From Azolla caroliniana (taxonomy: Eukaryota; Plantae; Polypodiophyta): a stretch of 64,000 nucleotides of DNA. A program made the position numbers and the translations under genes. The stretch is taken from assembly GCA_043228905.1 (NCBI GenBank), contig JBHGNT010000002.1:16554001-16618000 (forward strand). Reading direction: 5' to 3'. The notes beneath the pieces are model-generated. The model worked only from the letters and a program-made list of their open reading frames with translations, had not been told where the DNA came from and ran no database searches. Below are positions 24,326-37,759 of the stretch, one piece after another; position 1 is the stretch's first letter, and each line of letters begins with the position of its first letter.

Positions 24326-24841
24326 TGTAGAAGCAAGTGTGGAGATCTCGTTCATGTGAAGCTAAGCAAGTGTAGAGTAAGCGTGTGGTGCTGTGATCAC
24401 TGTTTGATATACACACAAAGAAAGAGTATACACATAGACAATTACACAATTATTAGCAAAGAGAAGATATGTATTATCATCCGTCTTGTACAAAGAGGCT
24501 CGTACCTCTTATTTATACATGATTGGGCTTAGCCCTAACTCTACGGAGATTTCACCCTTAGAAGTATAATAGTCGGAAGTAGGACTTTTAACCCCACAAA
24601 CTCCCTCGTAAAAGGACTACTCTAATTGATACAATAATTCAGGGGTGATCTCCCCTGTAAGCCTAAGTACAATCTAAATAGAAGTACAAGCTATGAACTA
24701 CTCTTTGACTGAGGGCGACTTGAATTCGGTTGGCACTATTAGCTCTTTGGCTCGGTCGACTCGTCGACTCGTTGGCTAGGTGGGTTCAATTAGCTCCTCA
24801 GCTCTTTCGACTTGCGCACTTCTCCTCCTTCCTTTGATTCA
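24326..24841 (-). mobile_element. Probable degenerate solo LTR
   Basis: TGTAGA...TTCA ends flanked by ACTA on both sides; TATAAATA on the minus strand; boundaries uncertain. Confidence 0.45.
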
Positions 24842-24879
24842 ACTATGATTCTCATTCTCTCTAACTTGTTGCAGTCCCA

Positions 24880-25750
24880 TTCGTCCTCTAAGTGCTCTGA
24901 CGTGATGGTCTAGGAGCGTTTTGGTCAGGCAATCAGAGATGTTCACCTCGGTGTCAATCTTTTGGATTTCGAACTTCTTGTTGGTGACAATCTCCCAAAT
25001 GTGATGATACCTGTTGAGAGATCAAGCTCAACTTAGTTTAGTTATTTAGTCAACCATGTAACTTCATAGTTACCTAGATAGAATCTAGTTAGGATTGTTG
25101 ACTATAACGCCTTAAAGAGGACCTTGTACTTAAGTGGGATTGTTGAGAGATCAAGCTCAACTTAGTTTATTTATTTAGTCAACCATGTAACTTCGTAGTT
25201 ACCTAGATAGAATCTAGTTAGGAGTGTTGACTATAACGCCTTAAATAGGACCATATACTTATGTGGGATATTATAGATCCTCCACTCCTAAGTACATTTA
25301 ATATAGGACTTACACCTTAGTACCTATATTCTACTCACACATGTGCACCTTTGCACATGAGATGTATATATACCTCATTGTGGGTATTTTTGTATTTAAT
25401 GATGATGATGCTAATTTAATATAGAGTTAATCATCCCCCATATTGCCTCGTGTTCATAAGTGTAAATTCCTCTCTCTCTTCCTCTCTCACACACATATCA
25501 CATAATCTTCCGCTTAACTTAATCACATAATTAGGTATTAATTAACCCTTGCTTAACTACCTAATTCTTAACAATACCTCACCTCTATGTGCTTTGTCTT
25601 TGCATGGTAAACTAGATTTCACACCGTGTCTATTGCGCTCTATAAGTCGCAACGCAAGGTTGGAGTGATTTGGACGATTCGGTTCGTGGTCGAAAAGTCG
25701 GCCTTTAGTCGTTGCAGCTAGATAGTTTCCTTTGCTGCTTTGGATGTGGC
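24880..25750 (-). mobile_element. Copia RNase H remnant, split by a solo LTR
   Basis: KTKHIEVRY|HHIWEIV...IDTEVNISDCLTKTL reads across the insertion. Confidence 0.7.
25012..25573 (+). mobile_element. Solo copia LTR with a tandem duplication of its first ~129 bp
   Basis: TGTTG...TAACA ends; TSD ATACC (25007-25011 and 25574-25578); 25012-25140 is repeated at 25141-25269. Confidence 0.85.
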
Positions 25751-25849
25751 AAGCTCAACCAGATCCGGATTGGTATCCGGAATGAAGAACCGGATTAGAG
25801 AGCTAGATCGTAATCCGGATCGGACTGCAATCGGTAGGCCATTAGAGGT

Positions 25850-26128
25850 TGTTGAGTGACAAGCTCAACGTTGAGTGCGTAACACAGTGTGTAGACTGGG
25901 TGCGTAAAACAATACGCATAATGTAAGCCGTAGCGGTGCGTAAACCGTGAGGCCATTGGAAAGATATTTCGCGTAGGAATATATTTTGGGAGTTAGTGTA
26001 GAGCTCAGTTATGAGCATTGAAGTACGTGTTAGTACTTCTGTCAGTCTGTATGGACTTGTATAAAAGTGCTCACTGAGCACATCCTATGTACAGGGGGTC
26101 ATTATTTTGAAATAGAACTTAGTTGTCT

Positions 26129-26165
<37 letters not shown>

Positions 26166-26530
26166 CTCTGTGTTTTCTGCGTGTTTACCAAACTATCGTT
26201 CTCCGAACTATATACTTTGTGTTTCGCATACGCTTCTGCACACGTATTCTTGTACATGGTATCAGAGCGTGAGGGTTGAAGTCCTCTGCAGCCGACAAGA
26301 AAAGCTTGCGACAAAACAGAGTTGAAATTGTTCTTCGTTTTTTTTTCGGAAAAGAAAAAGACAGCAATATGGATAGAGGTATAGGAAGCTCGCTACCGAC
26401 TGAGAAGCTTGACAGGAGCAACTATGCATCTTGGTCGTACAAGATGCACCAGTACCTGCTCGGTCATGGCTACTGGAGTTATGTCGAAGGAGTTAATGAT
26501 GTAGCACCCAATTCGACACACAAAGATTTT
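25850..26530 (+). mobile_element. Copia element C: 5' LTR (25850-26256), tRNA-iMet PBS (26257-26268) and gag start; truncated
   Basis: TGTTG...GTACA, then TGGTATCAGAGC, then MDRGIGSSLPTEKLDRSNYASWSYKM. Confidence 0.88.
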
Positions 26531-29500
26531 TCTTGGCCGCTTCTTGGCCGCTTCAGAGAGTGCTTGGCAGTCCATGGCTTCGTCGAGGTCGGTGAACGCT
26601 GGTGAGGGTTGTGTGTGAGGAGTCTCTGTGTGCGTGGGCTTGCGTTTGCTGATCTTCAATCGCCTATCTGCGTTTGTGCTCCTTTGTTCGCGAAATATGA
26701 GGGTTTCTATGTGGTGGGGGTCTTCTTGTTGCACGTTGGCGCCTGTTTTTCTCTTACCCGCGCATGTGCACGTCGTGTACTAAAATAGAATGTCGTGTCA
26801 TGTGGCGGCGGTTTAATACCCTATTAATAGCCCACTACGTACCTTTTCAAAGTGCCTGTTCACTCCTTGTTTTTGCATGTGTCCGTTCACCCCTCGCCCT
26901 TGCATGATTTACTTTGATTTGATTTGATTTGATTGATTGATTTATTTTTATAAAAATGGTTTTGCTAATTCGCAACCGGTCCCATTGGACCCTTATCCGG
27001 ATTGTGGTCCTTGCCGGCCACTGGACCTCTTCCCGTCACGTCGTTCTTGTCGTTTACCGGCTCATGCTCCCTCTTACCGGCGTCGCGTTTGCCGATTGCT
27101 GAACGTGTTGCCGGCTCTTCCGACTTACTGGTGTCCGGTTCTGTGTCGCCCTTCACTTGTTCAAATGGGTTTCTTGGCATGGGTCCATTGTATGGTTTGA
27201 GTTGGAACCCATTGACCCATTTACCCAGAACCTCGGCGGCGAGTGTCCCTAATTGGTAGGAACCGTTGAACGCACATGTAATCCAGTATGGTCCGATCCA
27301 CCGAAACCGTAGCTTTCCCGGCATCTTACCCATTCGGGTCTGGAACACGAGTACCGGCTTACCGGTTCCGAACATCTTTTCGTTCCCTTTTCGGTGACGA
27401 TCCACAAATGCTTTCCTTTGCCGCTGCTCTAGTTCTAGGTGCATGATGCTGGCTAGTCGGTGTTCTTCCAATTCGCACAACGCGTTTAACCGGATAGCTT
27501 CCGATTCCTTCTCATTTAGGCGTTCCCGAATCTGTATTCGTAAACTCGGTACCTGGAACTCTACTGGTATCACTACTTCCAATCCGAATGCTAAGCGGAA
27601 CGGTGTTGTGCGGATACTTGTCTTATATGCTGTTCGGTAGGCCCAGAGTGCACTGTGCAGCTTTGTATCCCAATTCGTCCGGTTCTCATTGACGATTTTT
27701 CGCTGGATATTTTGTAGTGATTTTTTTTTGACTCTGCTAATCCATTGGCTTGCGGATAATAGGGAGTGCTCCGTTTGTGCACCACCGCATAGAATGTCGT
27801 CAAAATTTCCACTACTTGCCCTAAGAAGTGCCCACCTTTGTCACTTATGAGCTCTATTGGACATCCATATCGGCACCAAATGCATTCATATAAAATTTTT
27901 GCCGTGGATGCCGCGGTGTTGTCGCGTAGTGCTTTCGCTTCCACCCATTTCGTGCAGTAATCCGTAACGACGATCACATACCGGTTGCCGGTTCTCATTG
28001 CCGGTGGTTTGAATAGACCGACAAAATCTAGCCCCCATTTCTGAAATGGTTCTAACGGTAGCACGGGCTGGTGAGGCATTCTGGCTTGTTCAGTTGGTTG
28101 GCCCATTCGTTGACATAGGTCGCATTCTTTAGCGTACGGACCACATCCTTTAATGTTGTCGGCCACCATAGTCCACTCTGCCATATTTTCCTTGCCGTAG
28201 CATCTCCGACATAATGCCCTCCAACCACGCCGCAGTGTGCTTCGCGTAATATTATTTCCTTTTCGTCGCTGCGCACTGCACGCCGCCATATGCCATCTGC
28301 ACCTTTGTGGTATAGTGTGTCCTGTAATAGGCAGAAGTGCCGGCTTTGAACCGCTAAGAGTTTCCTTTCATCTCTGTTCATCTCCTCCGGAGGTAAGCCT
28401 GTGCTTAGAAATTGGTGCATGTTGGTAAGCCACTTGTCTTCCTCTGCGACCGTACTATTCGATGCCGTTTCTGCTGTGACTCTAAACAGCTCTGCATCCG
28501 GAAAGTCATCTGGGACACCGTCACCGGTTTCGCCAGAATCTAACCGGCTTAAATAGTCTGCTACCGCATGTTGTATGCCGGGTTGGTGGAATATCTCGAA
28601 CTCGAATTCTTGTAATAGTAACGTCCACCGGGCCATCTTACCGGTGAGTGATGCTTTGGACACCAAGTAGAGGAGCACCGAATGATCTACGTGAAAGGAA
28701 AATTTCCTTCCCAACAGGTAGTGTCTAAACTTGGTGACACTATAGATCATACCCAAAGCCTCACTTTCCGTCGTGGAATAATTATGTTCCGCTTGGGAAA
28801 GCTTCCGGCTGGCATAATAGACTGGCCGGTACCATTTCGGTTCTGTAAGTTGCATCAACACGCTTCCGATTGCGATGTCGAACGCATCAACAAACACATG
28901 GAACTCTTTAGACCAATCCGGAGGTTGCACCATCAGCGCTTGTGACAACAATACTTTTAATGCCCGGTAAGCCTGGTCTTCTGTGTCCGTCCATCGGAAC
29001 GATGTTCGATGTACCGCGGCATGCAGTGGTGTAGCTAGGTCTGCCAGATACCGGAGCATTCAACTATGCCGCCGAATTTGTCCTAAGAACCGGCTTAGTG
29101 CCTTTGCCATGGCTGGTGCCGGTGCCTCCAGGATTGCTTTTACTTTGTTCGGATCCACTGCGATACCGTCCTTGCTTACTATGTGGCCCAGTAATGCTCC
29201 GCTGGTTACTCCGAACACGCATTTTGCCGGGTTTAGGCTTAGTCGGTAACCCCTACATTTCTCTAGACATAGTCGGAGGTGCTGAAGGTGATCCCCTTCC
29301 TGGCTATAAACAACGATGTCATCCAAGAACACCTACATGAATGCCGGAATGAATTCTCCGAAAATCTCCATGATGATCCGCTGGAAGGTTGTCGGCGCCG
29401 TTTTCAGTCTGAACATCATCACTACGGCAACAAAGACTCCCCATTCGGTGACAAAAGTGGTTTTCTCCTGGTCGGCGGGATGCATCCGCATCTGATTATA

Positions 29501-32500
29501 GCCGTTGAAACCGTCCAGAAAACTATACACTTCATGACCGGCGATCGCATCCAGGACTCCGTCCGTGAATGGAAGCGGGAAGGTGTCCGTTACTATAGCC
29601 ACATTTAATTTCTCGTAGTCGACGCACAGTCTTATCTTACCGTTCTTTTTGGGTACTACGACTATCGGGTTGAGCCATGTGGCTTTCTTTACTGGTCGGA
29701 TGAAGCCCACTCTTAGAAACTTGTCGATTTCTTCCTTGACTTTTGTTGCGTAATTCGGGTTCATCCGGTAATGCCGTTGCGCTACCGGTTTGGCGTCTTT
29801 ACTCAGATGTATTTGGTGTTGATACAACTTAGGATCGAGTCCCCGCATGTCCTTGTAGGACCAGGCGAACACATCGCGAAATTCTTTTAGGAGTGTGATC
29901 ATTGCCATTTTGTTCTCCGGGGTCATTTCCTTGGCGATGTGCACCGGTCTTGTGTCCTTAGTGGTACCTAGGTTTACCTCTTCTAGTTGGGATGCTTTCA
30001 CGCGCTGCAAGACTGCCATTTCTTTTTCCAGTGCCTCCTGTGCTTGCCGTAATTCCCGGATTGCTTCTTTATCCGATTCCTCGTTGGTCCCGTCTGGTTG
30101 CAGTATGTATGGTGATACTGCTTTGGCTACATCAATCCCGAATAGAGGTACGATCTTTGGATTTTCCTGTAAGTATTGATCGACCTCTTCGTCCGCCAAT
30201 CCTTCCAGCATGTTGATACATTCTGCATATAGCGACGTTGATTCCTTGCCGGTACCGGATCGTGGTTGAGTCGGTACTCATACTTTCCCTTTTCCACGCC
30301 GGAACGTAATTATATTCTTCCTCCAGTTTTGCTTTATGTGTGCTGCTTTTAACCAAGGGCGTCCCAACAATAGTGGGTAAGCTCCCTGAGCCTATAGCTG
30401 GAGAACAACTGCGGAAATGCGAAATGTGTGACCCCCGATGGTCACTTCCAGATCACGTATTAACCCGGTCGGTTGAATTGAGCTTGTGTCTGCCATCCGA
30501 AGCCAAAACGGACACGGTTCCCAGTCACGGATTCCTAGAGTGTTACACGTTCGAAGGAGGCTGATCACGTTCACGCCGGTTCCTCCATCGATAATCCTTT
30601 CCCTTCACGATGGTTGTGATTGCTGGATTGCTTGTGTCCACCACTACTGGTCCTTCCTCCGAATTTGAAAAGAATGTCGGAGCCGGTGGTGTGTCAGCTG
30701 CCGTCCTTCCGGTCTTCAGTCCTTCCGTGAAGCGTGGTACCAGTTGCAATAGCCGACCTAATGGCAGTGTTATTTGGCATTCTTGTAACGCCTGCCAGGT
30801 TGGGTTTTCAGGTTGCCCTGGGCCGGTGAGCTCTTCGGCATTCTCTTTTTGTTGTTCGAGCTCCGCCGCATTCCGCTCATTTTCCTTCTTCACCCATTTG
30901 GTTGCCTGCTTCCGGATGGCTTCTTGAGTTTCCCACTCCATGGCTTTGCCTTTTGATCTTGTAGTGACTTGTTGTATGTCCGCGACTTCCGCGTCTACCA
31001 TGTTCACCGCTGGTCGCTTGTCGTAGCTCTTCGCCGGACATTGATTACTATAGTGGCCTTCTTGCCGGCAATAATAGCAGTACGGCTTCCGGGTGTTGCT
31101 GGATTCGGCGTGTGTGCTTGGTGGAGGTCCTGTGGTAAGTGCTTGGTTTTAGTCCGGTTGGCTGCTTGGTGCGCCCTTTTCCGGTTCCCGTGGATGACCC
31201 CCCTTTTCGTTGAAATGATGTTTCTTGAAATTCTTTTTGTTTCGGTAACCTTGACGGTGTTGGTCGTCATACTTGCCATAGTCGTCCCTTCGGTGGTTGT
31301 AACCAGGGGAGTGATCCCGGTTGTATCTCTCGTACCGTCCATTATAGTCCTAGTATCTATCTTGTCTGTCATACCGGTCATAAGCGTCTCTTCGATCGTT
31401 GTACCGGACATCTTGTGCCGGTCGGTAGCGCTCCTCTCGCCGCCAACGTTCTTCTTCTTCCTCCTGGTTGCTCCGTGGTTCAATTTGCCGGACCGGTGGT
31501 GCTTGCCGATTTAACAAGTTATACTCACGTCGTTCCATTGTGTGACTTCTGGAGTGGCAGAGCAAGCACTGGGAACGCATGGTGCATTCCAGCGCCGAAT
31601 GTCCGACATTCAGGCATGTCGTACATTTAACTGCTTGCCGGAAACGGAGGTCCTCTTCCGTTGGTAGTGCCCGTTGAAGTGCGCCCATGGTTAGCCATGA
31701 ACTTGAGGTTTCCATTTCCCGAACTCGGTCGATCACTTGATCTATGTTGTTGGTGTGGAAATCAATAACAGTGCACACTATACGTAAGGGTTCCCAGAGG
31801 GCTGCTAAGAATATGGCCTTTGTTTCTTCCTCCGGTGGTGTCCGACTGAGCTGACTGTGGATCCGTAGGAACCTGATGACAAACTATTGAATGTTCTCCG
31901 TTGGTTCCTACCGGATATTGTAAAATAAGCCTACCATTTCCCGTTGGTCCATCTCCTTGTGAAAGAAATGCAAATTGTTTGTCTTTAATGTTTCAAACGT
32001 GGGGATGGTGCTGGGATCTTGTGTTCGGTGCCATCTGGCGGCCAGTCACTCCAAGGTCATGCCGAACTCTGCCCTTTTTGAGCGTTCCTCTTCGGCTGCA
32101 TTTAAGCGTTGAGACACATGGTTCGCCTCCCAGGTCTGCTGAAACGCATGGACATGGGCTTCCGCGTTCGGATCATCCCGGTATCTGGGATATTGGAACG
32201 GTATATCGTCGTCTGGTGTTGGTACACGGGCTAGTGGTGTCGGTGGTCGTTCCTCCTCTTTTGGTGTCGGAGGTTTTTCCCGGTCTTCTGTCGCCGTCGG
32301 AGGTCTTTCCTGCTCCTTCTAAAGTTATGACAGAAAGGAAATAGCTTAACAACATGTTTTGTACATAGAGATTTCCTAAAGTAACTTTATATTACTAAAT
32401 AAAAAGATAGCTCTTTACACTGCCTTCGGTTCCTTTTATAGGCAACCGTAAGGACTTTCTCATCAAGAAAACATACTGGCAAAAATGGCAAGAACTATAA

Positions 32501-32638
32501 AATCTCTAACTAACTATAATTTCGGTTTTAATTTAATTCGGCAAAATGCTGACTCATCGAGCCTCTATACCGATCCGACTCCGACTCCGAATCTTCTCCA
32601 TTTCCGACTCCGACACTTTCCCACTTGTCCAGGTAACA
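26531..32638 (-). mobile_element. Non-chromovirus Ty3/gypsy element D (gag-PR-RT-RH-INT plus 3' extra region), decayed; 3' LTR missing; LTR-like segment ~32330-32638
   Basis: Gag Cys/His clusters and CYYC knuckle; IDGGTGVN; FLDD; VDAFDIAIG; WGLDFVG, SDKG, YYPQANGLAE; WIGPY; TATAAAAG on the minus strand near 32440. Confidence 0.88.
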
Positions 32639-35115
32639 CCGAACAAGAGATAGAAGATGAAGATATCCTTACGCACATGTTTGAAGAAATCTCAATTACA
32701 ACAAGGCTTAGTGGGCCACAAGAGCCTCCGAGCGATCAAAGCACATCTCGGCCGAGTTTGAACTTGGACAAAGGCAAGGCGAAAATGCCGGAGTATGAAG
32801 ACGATCACTTTTACAGTAACGAATTGACTCACTCCCTCGATAGTGAGTTCAAAGACCTTGGCATTCGGACAAATGGAGTGAAGAAAGCCTTTACTCAAAT
32901 GAGAAGCTCTACCGATCCACCCGTGAAAAGAACCCCGTAAGCCGATTCGGCTACAACGATTATATGGCGTACCATTACACATTTATGATGAAGGTAGCGA
33001 TAGTATGGGAGCCATAAATGTTTTCCAAAGCTGTGAAGGACCCCAGATGGGTTGAAGTGATGAATGAGGAGATGTAAGCACTCTCCAAGAATGAGACATG
33101 GGATCTCATTCCCCACTCACTGCACAAGAAGGCAATTGGTTGCAGATGGATCTACAAGGTGAAGTATAATGTCGATGGCTCCATAAACCATTACAAAGCT
33201 CGACTCTTAGCGAAAGGATACGCTCGCAACGATGACGCATGGAGTCGACTATGAAGAGACATTTGCCCCAGTGGCAAAGATGACGATTGTGCGGACCGTT
33301 ATTGCACTCACAACGACGAAGATGACCTCCACCAGATGGACGTCAAGAACGCTTTCCTCCAAGGCGCATTAGAAGAGGAGGTGTACATGGTACAACCTCC
33401 CGGCTTCGAATCGCGCATTCATCCGAAAACCGTGTGCCAACTCAAGAAGCCACTCTATGGCCTCAAGCAAGAACCACATTCTTGGCATTCAAAGATTACC
33501 CAATATCTTCATCAAATCGGCTTTCGAATGTCGAAATCCGACAACTCCCTCTACGTACGAAATGACTCTAGAAGCGTGATTATCATCATCCTATACGTGG
33601 ATGATCTGGTCATTCGAGGTGAGCATTTAGTCGACATCAACAAGGTGAAGTCCCTCCTCTCCAACAAATTTGAGATGACGGACATGAAGGAGCTTCATTA
33701 CTTCCTAGGCATCGAGGTAATTCGGACTCCGGCCGGTATTATGATCTCCCAACGACACTACATCCTCAACTTGTTATACAAGTTTGGGATGACTCAGTGT
33801 AAATCTGTGGCAACCCCTCTCAATCGCAACCTCAAATTGGATGCCGACTCCGGCATGGAAGAGTGTGAGCCAACCCAATATCGTCAACTGATCGGGAACC
33901 TCATCTATCTCAGGATCACTCGACCCGACCATAGCTATCCAGTCGGCCTTCTTGGCCAATTCATGCAAACTTCGCAAGATATCCATTTCAATTGCGTTAA
34001 GCGAGTATTACGATATGTGAGCGACACAATCGATTACGACATCCTCTATGCATCAACCACACCAATTCGACTCAAACGATACACGAATGTCGATTGGGCT
34101 AGCGACAAAGCCGATCGACGATCGACCTCCGGATTTATCTTCTCGCTCGGTAGCGGAGCAATATCTTGGAGTAGTAAGAAGTAGCCTACCGTCGCACTTT
34201 CGAGTATGGAGGCTGAATCCAGGAGCGCAACCGTAGCTGCATGTGAAGCCGTATGGCTCAAGAGGATTTTGAAGGATCTGGGCGTTCCCATCAAGGATTC
34301 GACTCCCCTTTACTGCGACAACATGAGCAGTATTTATTTGGCTCGGAACCCGGTGTTCCACGCACACACGAAGCATATCGAAGTACATTATCACTTCATT
34401 CGAGAGCGTGTTCAGGCTGGAGATGTCGATCTTCTACACATCAACACGAATAGTCAAATGACCGACATCTTCACGAAAGCCCTTGGAGACGACAAGCTTC
34501 GGCAATTAATGTTAGACCTTGGATTGACGATCCCTGACTTGCCAAGCTTAAGGGGGAGTACAAGCGACGACCGGATACCGTCCGAACCGGGTACGAGCTG
34601 AAGCAGACATCAATCGAAAGGAACCAACCTGAGTTGAGCTTGAGGGGGCGTGTTGTGAATCAAGCTCAACATAGTGCAATGTGTGAACACACCTTTTGAG
34701 AATCTATGATTACTTAAAGGTCAAGAGTCACACCACTACTCTCTACACATTAACTATGTGTCATAGAATCATATTGTATGACACATAACTAATGAGTTAC
34801 ATATTCCCCATGACTATGAGTCTTCACATTCCCCAAGAGAGAGAGTGGTTGTTGTAGTTAGTTAATGAAGAGAGAGGGTGACTATATATAAAGCACCCTC
34901 CTCACACTTCATACTAAGTCGGTTGTGACTCCTTGTTATGCTACATTTTGTAAATCTTATTCTACTTGTGAAATATACACCTTCTTGAGTATTCTATTTT
35001 CCTCTCATTTATCTATCTTGAGTTCTCTTTTCTCTCCTCTCTTTTTTCTCTCACACGTATACGCACATAACGCACAGTTATTCCGCTGCACAAGAATCAC
35101 CATCGATTCTTTACA
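32639..35115 (+). mobile_element. Copia 3' half (RT-RNase H) with PPT and 3' LTR 34651-35115
   Basis: [40 protein letters not shown]; TGAGGGGGCG followed by TGTTG...CTTTACA; LTR resembles those of element G. Confidence 0.9.
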
Positions 35116-35655
35116 CTTAACTTGTGCTTTAAGTTAACCAGTGTGATTTTCTGTAAGTTAACTACATTTTATATCTGCAAACCATCAACGTTTAAACATT
35201 TATCGAAAAACTATTAAATTTTAGAAATGATCATTTTGACACTTGTTAAATCTCAAAAAATAAGAAAATTTTATATGCTATTTATGAAATGTGATAATGG
35301 TGTATCAACTTTCTAAAAATTGCCTAAAATCACAAAATTCCAAAAGGAATCTATAGATGGAATGCACGACCCTTCCACTTGTGAATGCAAATATATCTCA
35401 AAGTATTCCATAATTGTGATAATTTATCAAAAACACATGCATACAATGTTTTATATGTGTGTTTTACGTATCTGAAAGTATATTCCTTATTATCATAATT
35501 AATTAAAAAAATATGCATACAATGATGTTATGAATATATGTTGTTGATTTTTCCACTTTCTACATTAGCATTTATTCACCTTGTTTTTTTTAATACCTTG
35601 TCCCATTCAACAATTAGTGATTTTGTGAACAACTTTGATTTCAAGTTTCAATGGC

Positions 35656-36564
35656 TTAAGGATTTGGATTCCGTCTGATTTCTATGTCCATGTGATGATG
35701 ACGAGCACGTGCAATGCCTTGATTCCTTCGGAAACCTAAAAATCTTAACAATATACACACAATATACGATACTGCTATAATAATGAATAGACCCCCATAA
35801 CTATTGGAAGACATATTGACTATGTTAGGAGAACTTGTAATGCAAACTCCAGAACCAAGCCATTTATCCTTGATCCTTTGAAGATCTCCATTTTGTTGTA
35901 AAGATAGAATAGAAAGTGACATATCATCAGTTAAGGATGAGTTCTTTTGAAATGCCTGCAAGGTGAGGGGGAAATCCCTTAGTAGACCACATTCATTGAA
36001 ATATATCCATATCGAAACATCACAAGTTGTAATGAAATCAAGAATACTTACAAAAGCAAAGCCGCCAAAGTAACCAATGTTCGAGTCAGCGATCATGTAT
36101 TTGCATCCTAGGTTGGTAAGAAAGGTTTCCAAGTATGGCGACTCATCAATAATTGCTGACACATTACCCGATGTAAATGCATTGTCATAATCTTCCTGTG
36201 TAATCAAGTTCACAAGTCGTTCTGGTGAAATGAAGAGGTTATTTTTCAAGTAATCGACTTCAAATGAACCTTCTTGACATCCAATTTTGAGATGGCTTTT
36301 TTGCAAGTCTGCAAAACTTCGAATGGTTGGACGTTGTTGTTGTTGTTGTGCAATTATTATAGATGACAAGCTGGCTGTATAGCTAGATGTAAATATGAGT
36401 ACAGTAAGTAGCCAAAGTAGTGTCAATGCTCGACCTAGGTGGGTTTTGGCATCCTCCCCTGCAAAGCATTCCATTTGTTTATATTGTAGAGTAGTTATCC
36501 ACTCTTCATATATAATTGGAATGTGTACTTACCATGGGAGAAGAATATGGCCATGGATGTGAAC
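35656..36564 (-). CDS. GLR: Glutamate receptor-like (GLR) ion channel, last three exons: 36564-36533, 36458-36052, 35955-35656
   Basis: 32-nt M2 mini-exon (W)FTSMAIFFSH; M3 SSYTASLSS; S2 IGCQEGSF...AIIDESPY, GGFAF|AFQKNSSL...LQRIKDKWL; M4 YGGLFIII; GT-AG junctions in phase. Confidence 0.88.
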
Positions 36565-37759
36565 CTGCACAAGAGCAATAAGAAATTGAAAAAATACAAA
36601 CTAGAAACGGTAATTTCGACTAGAATTTTAATAATAAAAACTGGACTATATCTAGATGTGTTTCAATAAGCAAGATAATTTTTTGCTAAAAACCAAATAT
36701 GGAATGAACATTTAACTTCCAAAGAGGAAGGAAGAGTTGTAACACCTTTCTCAATAAGAATGCTTAGGTATGGACACTACTTTCACTAACATGGATTTGA
36801 TGAGGTACTACTTCATACAAAACCTAAAACTTGTCGAGGTTCTAATAGGAATATACACAAATAATGTGATCAAATCTCTCACATTATTTCACATTCCACA
36901 ATTCCTACAGTGATTTCTTCCTCTATTTTAGACTTTCTAGTTACCTTTTTTCTTCTAGATGACAAGTAAGATAATATGTTATTTAGGCACTCAACTATAT
37001 AAAGTTCTCTAGGGTGTCTATAGATGAGCATTGGTGAAGGCATACTATCTGAATCATTGTAAGCTCCAGAGGATTTTTCTTTTCAATCACAATATGATAT
37101 TAAGAATTATTGATTGTATGGTGATTCGAGGAACACATCAAGCTAACAATGGATCTCACCATCAGAGTTACTTGGATAAGCTGTCTAATTCTCTTTTTCC
37201 TTGGTTGTCTTAAATTTTCTTTGCAATCATGCTGAAAATGTCAATTTGGGTTAGTTCCAATGCAACAACTTGTTATAATCCAATGATTACTTGATTTTTC
37301 TGATGAAGTCTTCCCATGGTCCCATTTCTCATGATATCCCCTTCAACTTGTCATTCATGGTACTAAATTTTCCTCATAGAGGCCGATCTCATGTACCATC
37401 ACACAATTGAGCAAACCTCAAATGGCATATCATGTTAATTTAGCAACCGTCAAATATGTATATCAGACCCATTTGTATGACTATTGCGCCATGCCATGTG
37501 TGTGCACTATTATACAATCACATTATCTACTTTTTAGCCTCCAAATAATGCTCCATATTTTCTATTGGAGGGTGAGGGAGAAAGAGTTGAGTTGTTGTTT
37601 GTGCCTCAAAAGTAAAATAGAAAACAAAGAAAGAAGCAACAAGAGACAAGGAAAACACACACCTTTTGGCGGGCACACCAAAAACCCTTACATTATGTTA
37701 AATTATATCGAATGATGTAGGAGAAAATTGTCACCATGATGCAACATGTAGGACTATCG

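Noticed and set aside
25850-35115. One complete copia element with gypsy D nested inside
   Set aside because: The two LTRs are dissimilar, the flanks differ (GAGGT versus CTTAA), and most of gag-INT is missing; a deletion join of different elements fits better.
35956-36051. In-frame 32-aa insertion in the GLR ORF
   Set aside because: It is a 96-nt GT-AG intron at the GF-x-F|AF position typical of GLR genes.
36570-37750. Possible further GLR exons or a DNA-transposon relic
   Set aside because: AT-rich sequence with no motif I could recognise; left unassigned.
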